Of a DNA stretch of 64,000 nucleotides, positions 1 to 9,403 are shown piece by piece. The notes under the pieces were generated by a model. That model was not told the DNA's origin. It ran no database searches and worked only from the letters and a program-made list of their open reading frames with translations. Origin of the DNA: an uncultured Verrucomicrobiae bacterium (GTDB lineage Bacteria > Verrucomicrobiota > Verrucomicrobiia > Chthoniobacterales > Terrimicrobiaceae). Location of the stretch: positions 416,001-480,000 of the forward strand of contig CAVPOC010000003.1 in NCBI GenBank assembly GCA_963706955.1. Reading direction: 5' to 3'. Numbering within the stretch: position 1 is the first letter of the stretch; every line of letters begins with the position of its first letter. The translations under genes were made by a program, and so were the position numbers.

Positions 1-1
1 C

Positions 2-613
2 GTCTATGACGAGAAGGGGCGCGTGATGACGGCGACGGTCATCGAGGCGGATGGAAACCGTGTCCTCCAAGTGAAGACCATGGAGAAAGATGGTTATCAC
101 GCGGTGCAAGTCGGCTTTGGCGATCAAAAGCGGCAGCGCGTCAGCAAAGCGCAGGCCGGTCATTTTGCCAAATTATCGTGCCCGCCCAAGAAATTCGTTC
201 GCGAGTTTCGTCTTGCGAACGAGGAGGCGGTCCCTGACCACGCCGGCGACCTCCCCCTGACCGTATTCGAGGTAGGGCAGTTTGTGGACGTCATCGGACA
301 ATCCAAGGGCAAAGGCTTCCAAGGAGTCGTCAAGAAGCACAATTTTGAAGGCCAACCCGCCAGCCATGGCTCGATGATGCATCGTCGCAACGGCGCCATC
401 GGCAACCGCTCCACGCCCGGCCGCGTCTGGAAAAACATGGGAATGCCCGGTCATCTCGGCGACGAACGGGTGACTGTTCAGAATTTGCGCGTTGTTCAAG
501 TGCGCCAAGAAGATGGGGTCATCCTTGTTAGCGGCGCGGTTCCCGGCGCCAAGGGATCGAATGTGATCGTGCGCCCCGCCAAGAAGAAACCATTGACCGC
601 TGAAAAGGACTAG
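2..613 (+). CDS. rplC: 50S ribosomal protein uL3 (5' truncated by window edge)
   Basis: GYHAVQVGF, SKGKGFQGVVK and GMPGHLG motifs; frame is open from base 2. Confidence 0.98.
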   Translation, partial: VYDEKGRVMTATVIEADGNRVLQVKTMEKDGYHAVQVGFGDQKRQRVSKAQAGHFAKLSCPPKKFVREFRLANEEAVPDHAGDLPLTVFEVGQFVDVIGQSKGKGFQGVVKKHNFEGQPASHGSMMHRRNGAIGNRSTPGRVWKNMGMPGHLGDERVTVQNLRVVQVRQEDGVILVSGAVPGAKGSNVIVRPAKKKPLTAEKD

Positions 614-615
614 CG

Positions 616-1230
616 ATGAGCGCAACCATTTTCACCGCGGAAGAGGCTCGGAAGGCAAATATCGAACTGATCACCGAGCCAGAGAAAGGCCGTCAGGCCG
701 TGCATGATGTTGTTGTGGCCTTGCGCGCAAATCGCCGTCGCGGCACCGCCAGCACGAAGACCAAGGCGGATGTCCGCTTGAGCGGCGCCAAACCCTGGCG
801 CCAGAAGGGCACCGGCCGCGCGCGCGCCGGCTACAAATCGTCACCGGTTTGGGTTGGAGGCGGCGTCGCCTTCGGACCGCATCCGCGCGACTACTCCAAG
901 AAAGTGCCGAAAAAGGTCAAGACGCTGGCGTTCCGAAAAGCCCTCAGTGAGCGCGTCCTGGCCGGCGACGTCCTCCTCGTCGAGGATTTCAAAGTTAATG
1001 AAGCCAAGACCAAGCAGTTCCTCACTCTGGTTGCGGACACAGCCGGAAATGTACGGAAGATGTTGATTGTCGGGAATGGCTTTGACGAGAAGACCTGTCT
1101 GGCCGCGCGCAATGTGCGGGATACACTCCTGACACGCGCCGCCGAGGTCAACACCGAGCAACTCCTGGCCTTCGACAAGGTCATCGTTACCAGAGACGCG
1201 CTCGCCACGCTCTCCGAAAGACTCGCCTGA
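616..1230 (+). CDS. rplD: 50S ribosomal protein uL4
   Basis: [14 protein letters not shown] loop; follows rplC. Confidence 0.98.
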   Translation: MSATIFTAEEARKANIELITEPEKGRQAVHDVVVALRANRRRGTASTKTKADVRLSGAKPWRQKGTGRARAGYKSSPVWVGGGVAFGPHPRDYSKKVPKKVKTLAFRKALSERVLAGDVLLVEDFKVNEAKTKQFLTLVADTAGNVRKMLIVGNGFDEKTCLAARNVRDTLLTRAAEVNTEQLLAFDKVIVTRDALATLSERLA

Positions 1231-1514
1231 TGAAAGCATCGTTCGATCAGATTCAAACCGTGATTCTCACCGAGAAGGCGACTCTGCTCTCCGAGAAAAA
1301 CAACCAATACGTCTTTCGCGTCAGCCCGAAGGCCAACAAGATCGAGATCAAGCGCGCTGTCGAGGAGCTCTTCAAGAAAACGGTAGTCCATGTCAATACC
1401 GCCAACTTCGCCGGCAAGAAAAAGCGCGAGCGAACCGCTAGCTTCGGGCGGCGGGCAAATTGGAAGAAGGCGGTGGTGACGCTGAAGGAAGGCGAGAAGA
1501 TCGAGCTCGTTTAA
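1230..1514 (+). CDS. rplW: 50S ribosomal protein uL23
   Basis: [15 protein letters not shown] and WKKAVVTL motifs; TGATG overlap with rplD. Confidence 0.97.
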   Translation: MKASFDQIQTVILTEKATLLSEKNNQYVFRVSPKANKIEIKRAVEELFKKTVVHVNTANFAGKKKRERTASFGRRANWKKAVVTLKEGEKIELV

Positions 1515-1519
1515 GCACT

Positions 1520-2368
1520 ATGGCACTTAAAAACTTTAGACCGCTAACTCCCTCCAATCGGTTCAAGTCGCTTCCAGCCTTCTCCGAGATCACTAAGGAC
1601 AAGCCTGAGAAGTCTCTGACCGCCGTTCGGAAGCGAACTGGTGGTCGCAACAACGCTGGCCGTATGACCATGCGCCATCGTGGCGGCGGACATAAGAGAA
1701 AGTATCGGTTAGTCGACTTCAAGCGAAAGAAGCAAGGGGTCGTCGCAGAAGTCCTCGCGATCGAATACGATCCGAATCGCTCCGCTCGCATCGCCCTCCT
1801 GCAATATTCCGATGGCGAAAAAGCCTACATCCTTGCTCCGGTCGGGCTGGCGGTCGGCGCCAAGGTGAATGCGGGAGAAACCGCCGACCCGTCCATCGGC
1901 AATGCCCTCCCGCTAAAAGCCATCCCTCTCGGCACCGCCATTCACAACATTGAGATCATCCCGGGTCGCGGCGCCCAAATGGTCCGCAGCGCAGGTTCCC
2001 AAGCGACTCTCGCCAACCGCGAAGGCGGATATGCCCTGATCAAACTCGCCTCCGGCGAAATCCGCAGAATCAACGAGGAGTGCTACGCCACCATAGGTCA
2101 GGTCGGTAATACCGACCATATGAATGTCTCCAGTGGAAAGGCCGGCCGAACTCGCTGGCTGGGGCGACGCCCCCACGTCCGGGGCATGGTCATGAATCCA
2201 ATCGACCATCCCATGGGCGGTGGACAGGGGAAGAGTAAAGGTGGAGGCGGGCGTCATCACCCGATGAGTCCGTGGGGACAACTGGCCAAAGGATATAAGA
2301 CTCGACGCAAACACAAACCCTCCGATCGTTTCATCATCCAGCGACGCAAAGGCAAGGTTCAGAATTAA
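1520..2368 (+). CDS. rplB: 50S ribosomal protein uL2
   Basis: [16 protein letters not shown] and [11 protein letters not shown] motifs; ATG at 1520 chosen over the track start at 1460. Confidence 0.98.
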   Translation: MALKNFRPLTPSNRFKSLPAFSEITKDKPEKSLTAVRKRTGGRNNAGRMTMRHRGGGHKRKYRLVDFKRKKQGVVAEVLAIEYDPNRSARIALLQYSDGEKAYILAPVGLAVGAKVNAGETADPSIGNALPLKAIPLGTAIHNIEIIPGRGAQMVRSAGSQATLANREGGYALIKLASGEIRRINEECYATIGQVGNTDHMNVSSGKAGRTRWLGRRPHVRGMVMNPIDHPMGGGQGKSKGGGGRHHPMSPWGQLAKGYKTRRKHKPSDRFIIQRRKGKVQN

Positions 2369-2373
2369 GCTCT

Positions 2374-2652
2374 ATGGCACGTTCTTTAAAAAAGGGACCG
2401 TTCGTTGAGTGGAAACTCCTCGACAAAATCGACCGGATGAACGAATCCGGCGCGAAAAAGCCGATCAAGACCTGGTCGCGCCGAAGCACGGTAACGCCGG
2501 ACTTTGTGGGCCACACCTTCAATGTGCACAATGGCAAGACCTTCATCCCGGTCTTCGTCACTGAAAACATGGTCGGCCATAAGCTTGGTGAGTTTTCTCC
2601 AACCCGAATCTTTAAAAAGCACGGTTCTCACACCGCAAAAGTGACCAAATAG
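2374..2652 (+). CDS. rpsS: 30S ribosomal protein uS19
   Basis: [18 protein letters not shown] and MVGHKLGEF motifs. Confidence 0.99.
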   Translation: MARSLKKGPFVEWKLLDKIDRMNESGAKKPIKTWSRRSTVTPDFVGHTFNVHNGKTFIPVFVTENMVGHKLGEFSPTRIFKKHGSHTAKVTK

Positions 2653-2655
2653 AAT

Positions 2656-3462
2656 ATGGGGCACGCTGCGATAGCGGCGGCGCTTCTCGCTCTGCTCCCC
2701 GTCGCCAGACTGGAAGCACAGGGCAATCGATCTTTGACAGACTCTGAAAACCGAATCCTTCTCGCGCAGGGGGCCACGATCACCGTGCCCGATCCTGAAG
2801 GCGAAAAGGAAGAAACCGTCGAGGCGCTGCAGGAACAAATCCTCCTGCTTCGCTCGGCCATACGGTCGCTTACCGAAAGCCTCGCCATTTCCAATAGCGA
2901 AGCGGAAACCTTCAAGCGGCAAGCGACCGACCTCACCCTCAAGATTGAAGCGCTCGGAATTCCGGACACGGAAAACGATCGAGGCAAGCTCGAACAGAAG
3001 TTGCTCGCGGCGGTGCGCGACCTCCGCCTGTTGAAAAAACAGCACGAGGCCAGCGTCAATCAGCTGGTTCGTCTTACCGAAGCCATCCAGGTCGTGCTCA
3101 AGAGCACCGAAGAAATCGATCCGCAAGCGCGGCTCGCAGTGGAAACCGAGCTTCGCAAGACAAGCGAGATCCTTGGCACTCCACACGCTGCGCAAACCCG
3201 CGGTCCAGTAGAAGCCACTCTCAACGATGGAATGGTCGTTGACGTGAAGGACGATCTCGCCCTCGTGGTGGCAAACATTGGCGAAAAACAAGGCGTGCGT
3301 GTCGGGATGCCCTTCCAGATTTGGCGGGAGGACAAACGCATCGGCGAAGTGCGCGTGGTGGACGTGCGCAAGACCATCTGCGGAGCGGTAATTCAGAGTC
3401 TCGAGTCGGAAAAAGAGCCGGTGAAAACCGGTGACCGTCTTAAAGTGGATGCCCAGCACTGA
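2656..3462 (+). CDS. Hypothetical exported protein (signal peptide, coiled coil, C-terminal beta-rich domain) inserted in the S10 operon
   Basis: 268-aa ORF fills the rpsS-rplV gap (3 nt after rpsS); hydrophobic N-terminus ending LEA; heptad-rich middle; beta-strand pattern VVDVKDDLALVVANIGEKQGVRVG. Confidence 0.85.
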   Translation: MGHAAIAAALLALLPVARLEAQGNRSLTDSENRILLAQGATITVPDPEGEKEETVEALQEQILLLRSAIRSLTESLAISNSEAETFKRQATDLTLKIEALGIPDTENDRGKLEQKLLAAVRDLRLLKKQHEASVNQLVRLTEAIQVVLKSTEEIDPQARLAVETELRKTSEILGTPHAAQTRGPVEATLNDGMVVDVKDDLALVVANIGEKQGVRVGMPFQIWREDKRIGEVRVVDVRKTICGAVIQSLESEKEPVKTGDRLKVDAQH

Positions 3463-3491
3463 CCCAAACGAAAATTAACATATCACCAACA

Positions 3492-3968
3492 ATGCAGGTT
3501 CGATCGACATACCGTTTTGCGCGGATCTCCGCGTTCAAAGCGCGTGAGGTCACGCGCGAGATCCAAGGTCTTCCCGCCTCGGATGCTCTCAACTTGCTGC
3601 GCTTTGTCCCCAAGAAAGCGGCTAGTCTGGTCCGGAAGACGCTGGCCAGCGCCGTGGCCAATGCCGAAAACAACAACAATCTCAACCTCGAGAACCTGGT
3701 CATCCAAGAAGCGGTTGTGGGCGAAGGTCCGACCGCCAAGCGCTTTCAACCCAAGGCCCGCGGCAGTGCGGGTCCCATTCGCAAGCGCACCAGCCATATC
3801 AGGATCATCCTTACCGACGAAATTGAAATAAAGCGGCGCGAACAGCGCGACCGCAAGAAGTCGAAAAAATCTTCCTCGACCAAGCCGGCAAAAGGGAAAT
3901 CGAGAAGGAAAGAAACGAAAGAGGCGCAAGCCGCGCAGCCCGAGGCTGCGCCAGAATCCAAGGAGTAA
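3492..3968 (+). CDS. rplV: 50S ribosomal protein uL22 with Lys-rich C-terminal extension
   Basis: SAVANAENN, VGEGPT and IRKRTSHI motifs; about 45 extra C-terminal residues. Confidence 0.97.
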   Translation: MQVRSTYRFARISAFKAREVTREIQGLPASDALNLLRFVPKKAASLVRKTLASAVANAENNNNLNLENLVIQEAVVGEGPTAKRFQPKARGSAGPIRKRTSHIRIILTDEIEIKRREQRDRKKSKKSSSTKPAKGKSRRKETKEAQAAQPEAAPESKE

Positions 3969-3971
3969 ATC

Positions 3972-4679
3972 ATGGGACAGAAAGTCAACCCAATCGGCTT
4001 CCGGCTTCCGATCAGCCGCGACTGGTCCTCGAGGTGGTATGCATCGCGCAAAGACTTTGCCGACTACTTGCTTGCTGATGGCAAGATCCGCGGGTTCCTG
4101 CACAAGAAATTGAGGCAGGCGGCCGTAGCACGCATTGTCATCGAGCGCGCTTGGAACAGTCTGCGCGTGACCATCCACACGGCACGCCCGGGGGTCGTCA
4201 TTGGACGCAAGGGTTCCGAGATCGAGAAAATGACGGAGGAAATCTCGCGCCTCGCCGGCGGCAAGCAGGTGAAGATCGACATTATCGAGATCAAGGTGCC
4301 TGATATTGAAGCTCAACTGGTGGCAGAAAACGTCGCCTCACAGCTCGAGCGCCGTATTTCCTTTCGCCGCGCGATGAAACGCGCTGTGCAATTGGCCATG
4401 GAGCAAGGAGCTCTTGGAATCAAGATTCGCTGCTCCGGCCGGCTTGGCGGCGCGGAGATTGCCCGCACCGAATGGTATCGCGAGGGCAAAATCCCTCTCC
4501 ACACCATGCGCCAACCAATCGACTACGGATTTACCGAAGCTTCAACGGTCGCGGGGAAGATTGGCGTAAAGTGTTGGATCTGCAAAAAACCGACCACGCC
4601 CGAAAGCGAGGATCAGAAGCAGCAACAGTTTTCCAAGGAACGCCAGCGCGCTCCGAAGCCCGAAACCCCTACCGTCTGA
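3972..4679 (+). CDS. rpsC: 30S ribosomal protein uS3
   Basis: [21 protein letters not shown] and [10 protein letters not shown] motifs. Confidence 0.99.
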   Translation: MGQKVNPIGFRLPISRDWSSRWYASRKDFADYLLADGKIRGFLHKKLRQAAVARIVIERAWNSLRVTIHTARPGVVIGRKGSEIEKMTEEISRLAGGKQVKIDIIEIKVPDIEAQLVAENVASQLERRISFRRAMKRAVQLAMEQGALGIKIRCSGRLGGAEIARTEWYREGKIPLHTMRQPIDYGFTEASTVAGKIGVKCWICKKPTTPESEDQKQQQFSKERQRAPKPETPTV

Positions 4680-4696
4680 CCTGAGAGGAGCCAGCC

Positions 4697-5119
4697 ATGC
4701 CACTGATGCCCAAACGCGTAAAGTATCGCAAGAGCCAGCGTGGAAGTCGCGCCGGAAATGCTTCACGCACCTTGACCATCGATTTTGGCGAGTTCGGACT
4801 CCAAACTCTGGACCGCGCCTGGATCACCAACGTTCAAATTGAGGCTGCCCGCGTAGCCATGACCAGACACATGAAGCGCAAGGGCAAGCTCTGGATCCGC
4901 ATCTTCCCTGATAAGTCCGTGACGGCGCGCCCCCCCGAAACCCGCATGGGAAAAGGCAAGGGTAATCCAGAGCATTGGGTCGCGGTCGTCCGCCCGGGCA
5001 ACGTCCTCTTCGAGCTGGACGGCGTTTCAGAAAGCATTGCCCGGGAATCGCTGCGCCTGGCCGCTAACAAGCTCCCCGTCCGCACACGCTTCCTCTCGCG
5101 CCACCGTGCCGCAAAGTAA
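4697..5119 (+). CDS. rplP: 50S ribosomal protein uL16
   Basis: [16 protein letters not shown] and RMGKGKG motifs; GAGGAG upstream. Confidence 0.99.
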   Translation: MPLMPKRVKYRKSQRGSRAGNASRTLTIDFGEFGLQTLDRAWITNVQIEAARVAMTRHMKRKGKLWIRIFPDKSVTARPPETRMGKGKGNPEHWVAVVRPGNVLFELDGVSESIARESLRLAANKLPVRTRFLSRHRAAK

Positions 5120-5125
5120 TTGGTC

Positions 5126-5365
5126 ATGAAGATCGCCGAAGTTAAGGAACTCACCATCAAGGAACTCGAGACGCGCAAGCGCGAGACCCGGCAGGAAATT
5201 TTCAACCTGCGGATCCAACAGCAGGCGGGCCAACTGGAAAAGCCTCATATGCTGCGTTCCCTCCGTCGGGACGCGGCCCGCCTTGATACCGTCCTCACAG
5301 AAAAGCGGAAGGCTCTAGAAAGCGGGACATCTCCGACACCTTCCCCGGCCCAGAAGAGATCATGA
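5126..5365 (+). CDS. rpmC: 50S ribosomal protein uL29
   Basis: EIFNLR...GQLEKPH...RRDAARL; lies between rplP and rpsQ; ATG at 5126. Confidence 0.93.
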   Translation: MKIAEVKELTIKELETRKRETRQEIFNLRIQQQAGQLEKPHMLRSLRRDAARLDTVLTEKRKALESGTSPTPSPAQKRS

Positions 5366-5685
5366 ACGAAACAGCTTCAGAATCGCCCTCGCAGCAAGAA
5401 ACCAAAGCTCCCGACCAGCCGACAGCGGTGAACGAGACGCGACGCAACCTGCGCAAAACCCGGGTGGGCCAAGTCGTCTCAGACTCAATGAACAAGACGA
5501 TCGTGGTTCGGACGGTCACCCGTGTGCCGCACCAGAAATTCGGGAAGATCGTCAAGCACGTAAAGAAGTTCTACGTTCACGACGAGAAGAATGCGGCCAA
5601 AGTTGGGGATCGTGTTTCCTTTATGGAAACTCGACCGCTCTCCCGCCTGAAACGCTGGAGGCTCGTCGAAGTCCTCAAACATTAG
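5362..5685 (+). CDS. rpsQ: 30S ribosomal protein uS17
   Basis: [17 protein letters not shown] and [13 protein letters not shown] motifs. Confidence 0.97.
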   Translation: MNETASESPSQQETKAPDQPTAVNETRRNLRKTRVGQVVSDSMNKTIVVRTVTRVPHQKFGKIVKHVKKFYVHDEKNAAKVGDRVSFMETRPLSRLKRWRLVEVLKH

Positions 5686-5725
5686 TCCGAGCAATCACCG
5701 ATTCGAACCTTTACCTCCGATTCCT

Positions 5726-6091
5726 ATGATCCAGATCCGATCCCGTCTCGATGTCGCGGACAACACCGGCGCTCGCATGGCCACGATGATTGGCGTCATT
5801 GGCAAAGCCTCGATGAAGGCCCACGTCGGTGATGTCATTACGGCCAACGTCAAGGAGGCTTCCTCAGGAGGCACCGTCAAGAAGGGCGAGGTCGTCCGTG
5901 CAGTCGTAGTCCGAACGAAACATCCGATCAAGCGTCAGGACGGCTCCTACCTTCGTTTCGACAACAACGCGATCGTGATTATCGACAAGGACCTCAATCC
6001 GCGCGGAACGCGTATCTTTGGTCCAGTCGCCCGCGAACTGCGCGAGAAGAACTTCATGAAGATCATCTCCCTCGCGCCGGAAGTCCTATGA
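5726..6091 (+). CDS. rplN: 50S ribosomal protein uL14
   Basis: [24 protein letters not shown] and SLAPEVL motifs. Confidence 0.99.
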   Translation: MIQIRSRLDVADNTGARMATMIGVIGKASMKAHVGDVITANVKEASSGGTVKKGEVVRAVVVRTKHPIKRQDGSYLRFDNNAIVIIDKDLNPRGTRIFGPVARELREKNFMKIISLAPEVL

Positions 6092-6363
6092 GCAGCCCAA
6101 AATTCCACGTTAAACGCGGGGATACCGTTCAGGTGATTTCCGGGAACCACCGTGGATCCTCGGGCAAGATCCTCAAGGTGCTCCCCGACAAGGCGCAGGT
6201 CATCATCGAGGGAGTTCGCCTTATCAAGAAACACCAACGCAAGACGCAGGACAACCCGAACGGCGCAATCATCCAGCGGGAAGGCCCGATCCACATTTCC
6301 AACGTGAAAATTGTCGAGCGCGCGAGCCCGGAGAAAGAGAAGCGGAAGAAGAAAGCCGCCTAG
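6088..6363 (+). CDS. rplX: 50S ribosomal protein uL24
   Basis: [14 protein letters not shown] motif; EGPIHISNV. Confidence 0.97.
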   Translation: MSSPKFHVKRGDTVQVISGNHRGSSGKILKVLPDKAQVIIEGVRLIKKHQRKTQDNPNGAIIQREGPIHISNVKIVERASPEKEKRKKKAA

Positions 6364-6392
6364 GCCTTTCTTACAGACAACCATCGAGCACT

Positions 6393-7010
6393 ATGCCAAC
6401 GCAACCAGATCCGGAGCTTCTTGCAGAATACAAGGAGCGCGTCATTCCTACCCTGCGGGAGAAGCACGGCTACAAGAACGTGCACGAGATTCCCAAGGTC
6501 GCCAAGGTGGTCGTGAACTGTTCGGTGGGCGCCGGCGCCGACAGCAAAGAGGCCCTCGACATCGCCAAGTCGGAAATTGGCCTGATCACCGGCCAGCGGC
6601 CTATTGCGACGCTCTCCAAGAAAAGCATCGCCAACTTCAAACTTCGAAAAGGCCAGGCCATCGGCGCCAAAGTGACCCTTCGCGGACGGATCATGTACGA
6701 GTTCCTCGAGCGGTTGATCAAGATGTCGCTTCCGCGCATCCGTGACTTTCGCGGCGTTTCGACGAAATCGTTTGACGGCAATGGCAATTATACCCTCGGT
6801 GTCTCCGATCAATCCATTTTTCCTGAGATAGAGCTCGACCAAATCAAACGTAACATCGGTTTTGACATCACCATCGTCACGACCGCGCGCAACGACGAAG
6901 AGGCCAAATCGCTCCTGACTGAGCTTGGCATGCCCTTCGCCGACAAGGCGAAGAAGCCGGTGCGCAAAACAGAGGAGCAGCCAGAGGAAGCCGCCGGAGC
7001 GGTTGCCTAA
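6393..7010 (+). CDS. rplE: 50S ribosomal protein uL5
   Basis: ITGQRP, LPRIRDFRG and FDGNGNYTLG motifs. Confidence 0.99.
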   Translation: MPTQPDPELLAEYKERVIPTLREKHGYKNVHEIPKVAKVVVNCSVGAGADSKEALDIAKSEIGLITGQRPIATLSKKSIANFKLRKGQAIGAKVTLRGRIMYEFLERLIKMSLPRIRDFRGVSTKSFDGNGNYTLGVSDQSIFPEIELDQIKRNIGFDITIVTTARNDEEAKSLLTELGMPFADKAKKPVRKTEEQPEEAAGAVA

Positions 7011-7028
7011 CTACTGCCCATTTAGTAA

Positions 7029-7421
7029 ATGACCGATCCAATTGCAGATATGCTCACACGGCTGCGCAATGCAGCCCGCGCTCACAAGACCGAATTCGTG
7101 GTACCCTATTCCAAACTGAAAAGCGAAATCGCCCGCATTTTGGAAAAGGAGGGCTACATTGCGGGCTTCGAACTTGAGACGACCCACAAAGTGCGTCCCA
7201 ATCTCAAGATCAGGAACAAGTTTGTCAATAAGACCTCGGCCATCGCCGGTCTCAAACGGGTTAGTAAACCTGGCTTGCGCCGCTACGTAAAAGCCGATGA
7301 AGTTCCCCGAGTGCTCGGCGGGATGGGCATAGCGGTGCTCTCCACCTCCCAAGGAGTGCTCACCGGTCAAGAAGCCCGGAGGCAAAACGTTGGCGGGGAA
7401 TTGCTCGCCTATATCTGGTAA
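7029..7421 (+). CDS. rpsH: 30S ribosomal protein uS8
   Basis: MTDPIADMLTRLRNA, SKPGLRRY and GGELLAYIW motifs. Confidence 0.99.
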   Translation: MTDPIADMLTRLRNAARAHKTEFVVPYSKLKSEIARILEKEGYIAGFELETTHKVRPNLKIRNKFVNKTSAIAGLKRVSKPGLRRYVKADEVPRVLGGMGIAVLSTSQGVLTGQEARRQNVGGELLAYIW

Positions 7422-7425
7422 AGCC

Positions 7426-7965
7426 ATGTCTCGAATCGGAAGAAAACCCATTGAAGTGCCTCCCAAAGTGACGGTCAACGTTGGCTCGGAAGGCGCCGTC
7501 AGCGTGGAGGGCCCGAAAGGCAAGCTGTCTTGGAATCTGCCAAAAACTGTCAGTGCTCGCGTCGAAGGGAGCACGGTGAGCGTCGCGCGCAGTGATGAGA
7601 GCAGGCAAGGCAAAGCACTGCATGGACTCTCCCGCGCGCTGATTGCCAATATGGTCACCGGAGTCACTGTCGGCTTTAAGAAGGAGCTCGAGATCCAGGG
7701 CGTCGGCTTTAAGGCAACGGTGCAAGGCCAGAAGCTCAACCTCAGTCTCGGCAAATCGCACCCGATCCTTTTCCAAATCCCCGCCGAGGTGAAGATCACG
7801 GTCGCCGACAGCACCAAGATCACCATCGAAGGGGCTGATAAGCACCTCGTCGGCCAAACCGCCGCGGATATTCGCTCCTTTTATCCACCGGAGCCTTACA
7901 AGGGGAAGGGCGTCCGCTACGTCGGAGAACAGGTTCGCCGCAAAGAGGGCAAAACCGTCCAGTAA
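7426..7965 (+). CDS. rplF: 50S ribosomal protein uL6
   Basis: MSRIGRKPI and PEPYKGKGVRY motifs; ATG at 7426. Confidence 0.99.
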   Translation: MSRIGRKPIEVPPKVTVNVGSEGAVSVEGPKGKLSWNLPKTVSARVEGSTVSVARSDESRQGKALHGLSRALIANMVTGVTVGFKKELEIQGVGFKATVQGQKLNLSLGKSHPILFQIPAEVKITVADSTKITIEGADKHLVGQTAADIRSFYPPEPYKGKGVRYVGEQVRRKEGKTVQ

Positions 7966-7968
7966 GCC

Positions 7969-8328
7969 ATGTCCGCATCCACCAGCAAACGTCGAGTCCG
8001 TCACAAGCGTCTTCGTAAGAAAGTCGCAGGCACACCCGAGCGGCCGCGTCTCGCCGTCCATTTCTCCCAACGCCACATTACGGCGCAAGTCATCGACGAC
8101 ACGGGGGGCCAGACGCTCGCCTCGGTCCATACGACCGAGCCTGCACTTCGCGCGGCCAAGAAGGGGCGCTCAGACGTGCCCACGGCCGCGAAGGTGGGCA
8201 AACTGATCGCCGAGCGCGGGGTATCCAGCAAGGTTAAGCAAGTCATTTTCGACCGCGGAGGTTACAAGTACCACGGCAAAGTCAAGGCCCTTGCGGATGC
8301 GGCCCGCGAAGGCGGCTTGGAATTCTAA
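7969..8328 (+). CDS. rplR: 50S ribosomal protein uL18
   Basis: RPRLAV and [24 protein letters not shown] motifs. Confidence 0.98.
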   Translation: MSASTSKRRVRHKRLRKKVAGTPERPRLAVHFSQRHITAQVIDDTGGQTLASVHTTEPALRAAKKGRSDVPTAAKVGKLIAERGVSSKVKQVIFDRGGYKYHGKVKALADAAREGGLEF

Positions 8329-8336
8329 AATTATCT

Positions 8337-8900
8337 ATGCCCACTCATCGTAAATCTCAGCACAGGTCAGGTCCGGACGGCTTTGACAAAGGCGAACCCA
8401 AGGAAACGACCGAGAAGGTGGTCTTCATCAACCGCTGCGCCAAAGTCGTGAAGGGCGGACGTCGGTTCAGTTTCAGCGCTCTGATTGTCTCGGGCAATCA
8501 CAATGGCCGCGTTGGCATCGGCTTTGGCAAGGCCAACGAAGTCAGCGAGGCGATCCGCAAGGCCACCGAATCGGCGAAAAAGCGAATGGTCAATGTCGCC
8601 ATTCACGAAAATACCATACCGCACCAGGTCCTCGGTGAATTCGGTGGAGGTCGTGTTCTTCTTAAGCCAGCTTCGCCGGGAACTGGCGTCATCGCAGGTG
8701 GCGGTGTCCGCGCGGTGATCGAGGCGGCCGGGATCCGCGACGTGCTCGCAAAGTCACTCGGGTCGAGCAATCCAGCCAATGTCGTGAAAGCGACCCTCCA
8801 CGCTCTGACCACTTTGCGTCCGAAGGACGAAATTTTCAAAATTCGCGGCAAGCCCATCACCGCGAGATCCGCCCTCCCGGTCGCAACGCAAACTCCATGA
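8337..8900 (+). CDS. rpsE: 30S ribosomal protein uS5
   Basis: [14 protein letters not shown] and PGTGVIAGG motifs. Confidence 0.99.
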   Translation: MPTHRKSQHRSGPDGFDKGEPKETTEKVVFINRCAKVVKGGRRFSFSALIVSGNHNGRVGIGFGKANEVSEAIRKATESAKKRMVNVAIHENTIPHQVLGEFGGGRVLLKPASPGTGVIAGGGVRAVIEAAGIRDVLAKSLGSSNPANVVKATLHALTTLRPKDEIFKIRGKPITARSALPVATQTP

Positions 8901-9367
8901 GACTGCACGATCTAAAACCGAATGCCGGCGCAAAACATCGACGCAAGCGCCTCGGCAGCGGCGAGAGTTCGGGGCACGGGAAAACCTCCGGCAAGGGACA
9001 CAAAGGCCAGAAAGCGCGCTCCGGCGGGTCGATCCGGCCGGGATTCGAGGGTGGTCAGATGCCCCTGCATCGGCGCCTGCCCAAACGCGGCTTTAACAAC
9101 GCGGCGTTCAAGACTGTTTACGGAATCGTCAACCTGGATGATTTGGAAAAGCGGTTCGACGATGGCGCTGCCATCAACGAAAAACTGCTTCGTGGCGCCG
9201 GACTTGTGCGCGGCTCGCTCAGCGGCGTTAAGATTCTTGGCCGCGGAGCAATCAGCAAGAAGTTCCACTTGGAGGTGGATGGCATCAGCGCGTCCGCCAG
9301 AAAGAAGATCGAGCAGGCCGGCGGATCCATCGTAATGACAAGCCGAAATTCCCGGGCCGAGACCTAG
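8897..9367 (+). CDS. rplO: 50S ribosomal protein uL15
   Basis: [16 protein letters not shown] and [17 protein letters not shown] motifs. Confidence 0.99.
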   Translation: MRLHDLKPNAGAKHRRKRLGSGESSGHGKTSGKGHKGQKARSGGSIRPGFEGGQMPLHRRLPKRGFNNAAFKTVYGIVNLDDLEKRFDDGAAINEKLLRGAGLVRGSLSGVKILGRGAISKKFHLEVDGISASARKKIEQAGGSIVMTSRNSRAET

Positions 9368-9403
9368 AGGTTCCCGACCATCGAGCAGTTCGGCTTACCG
9401 GCG

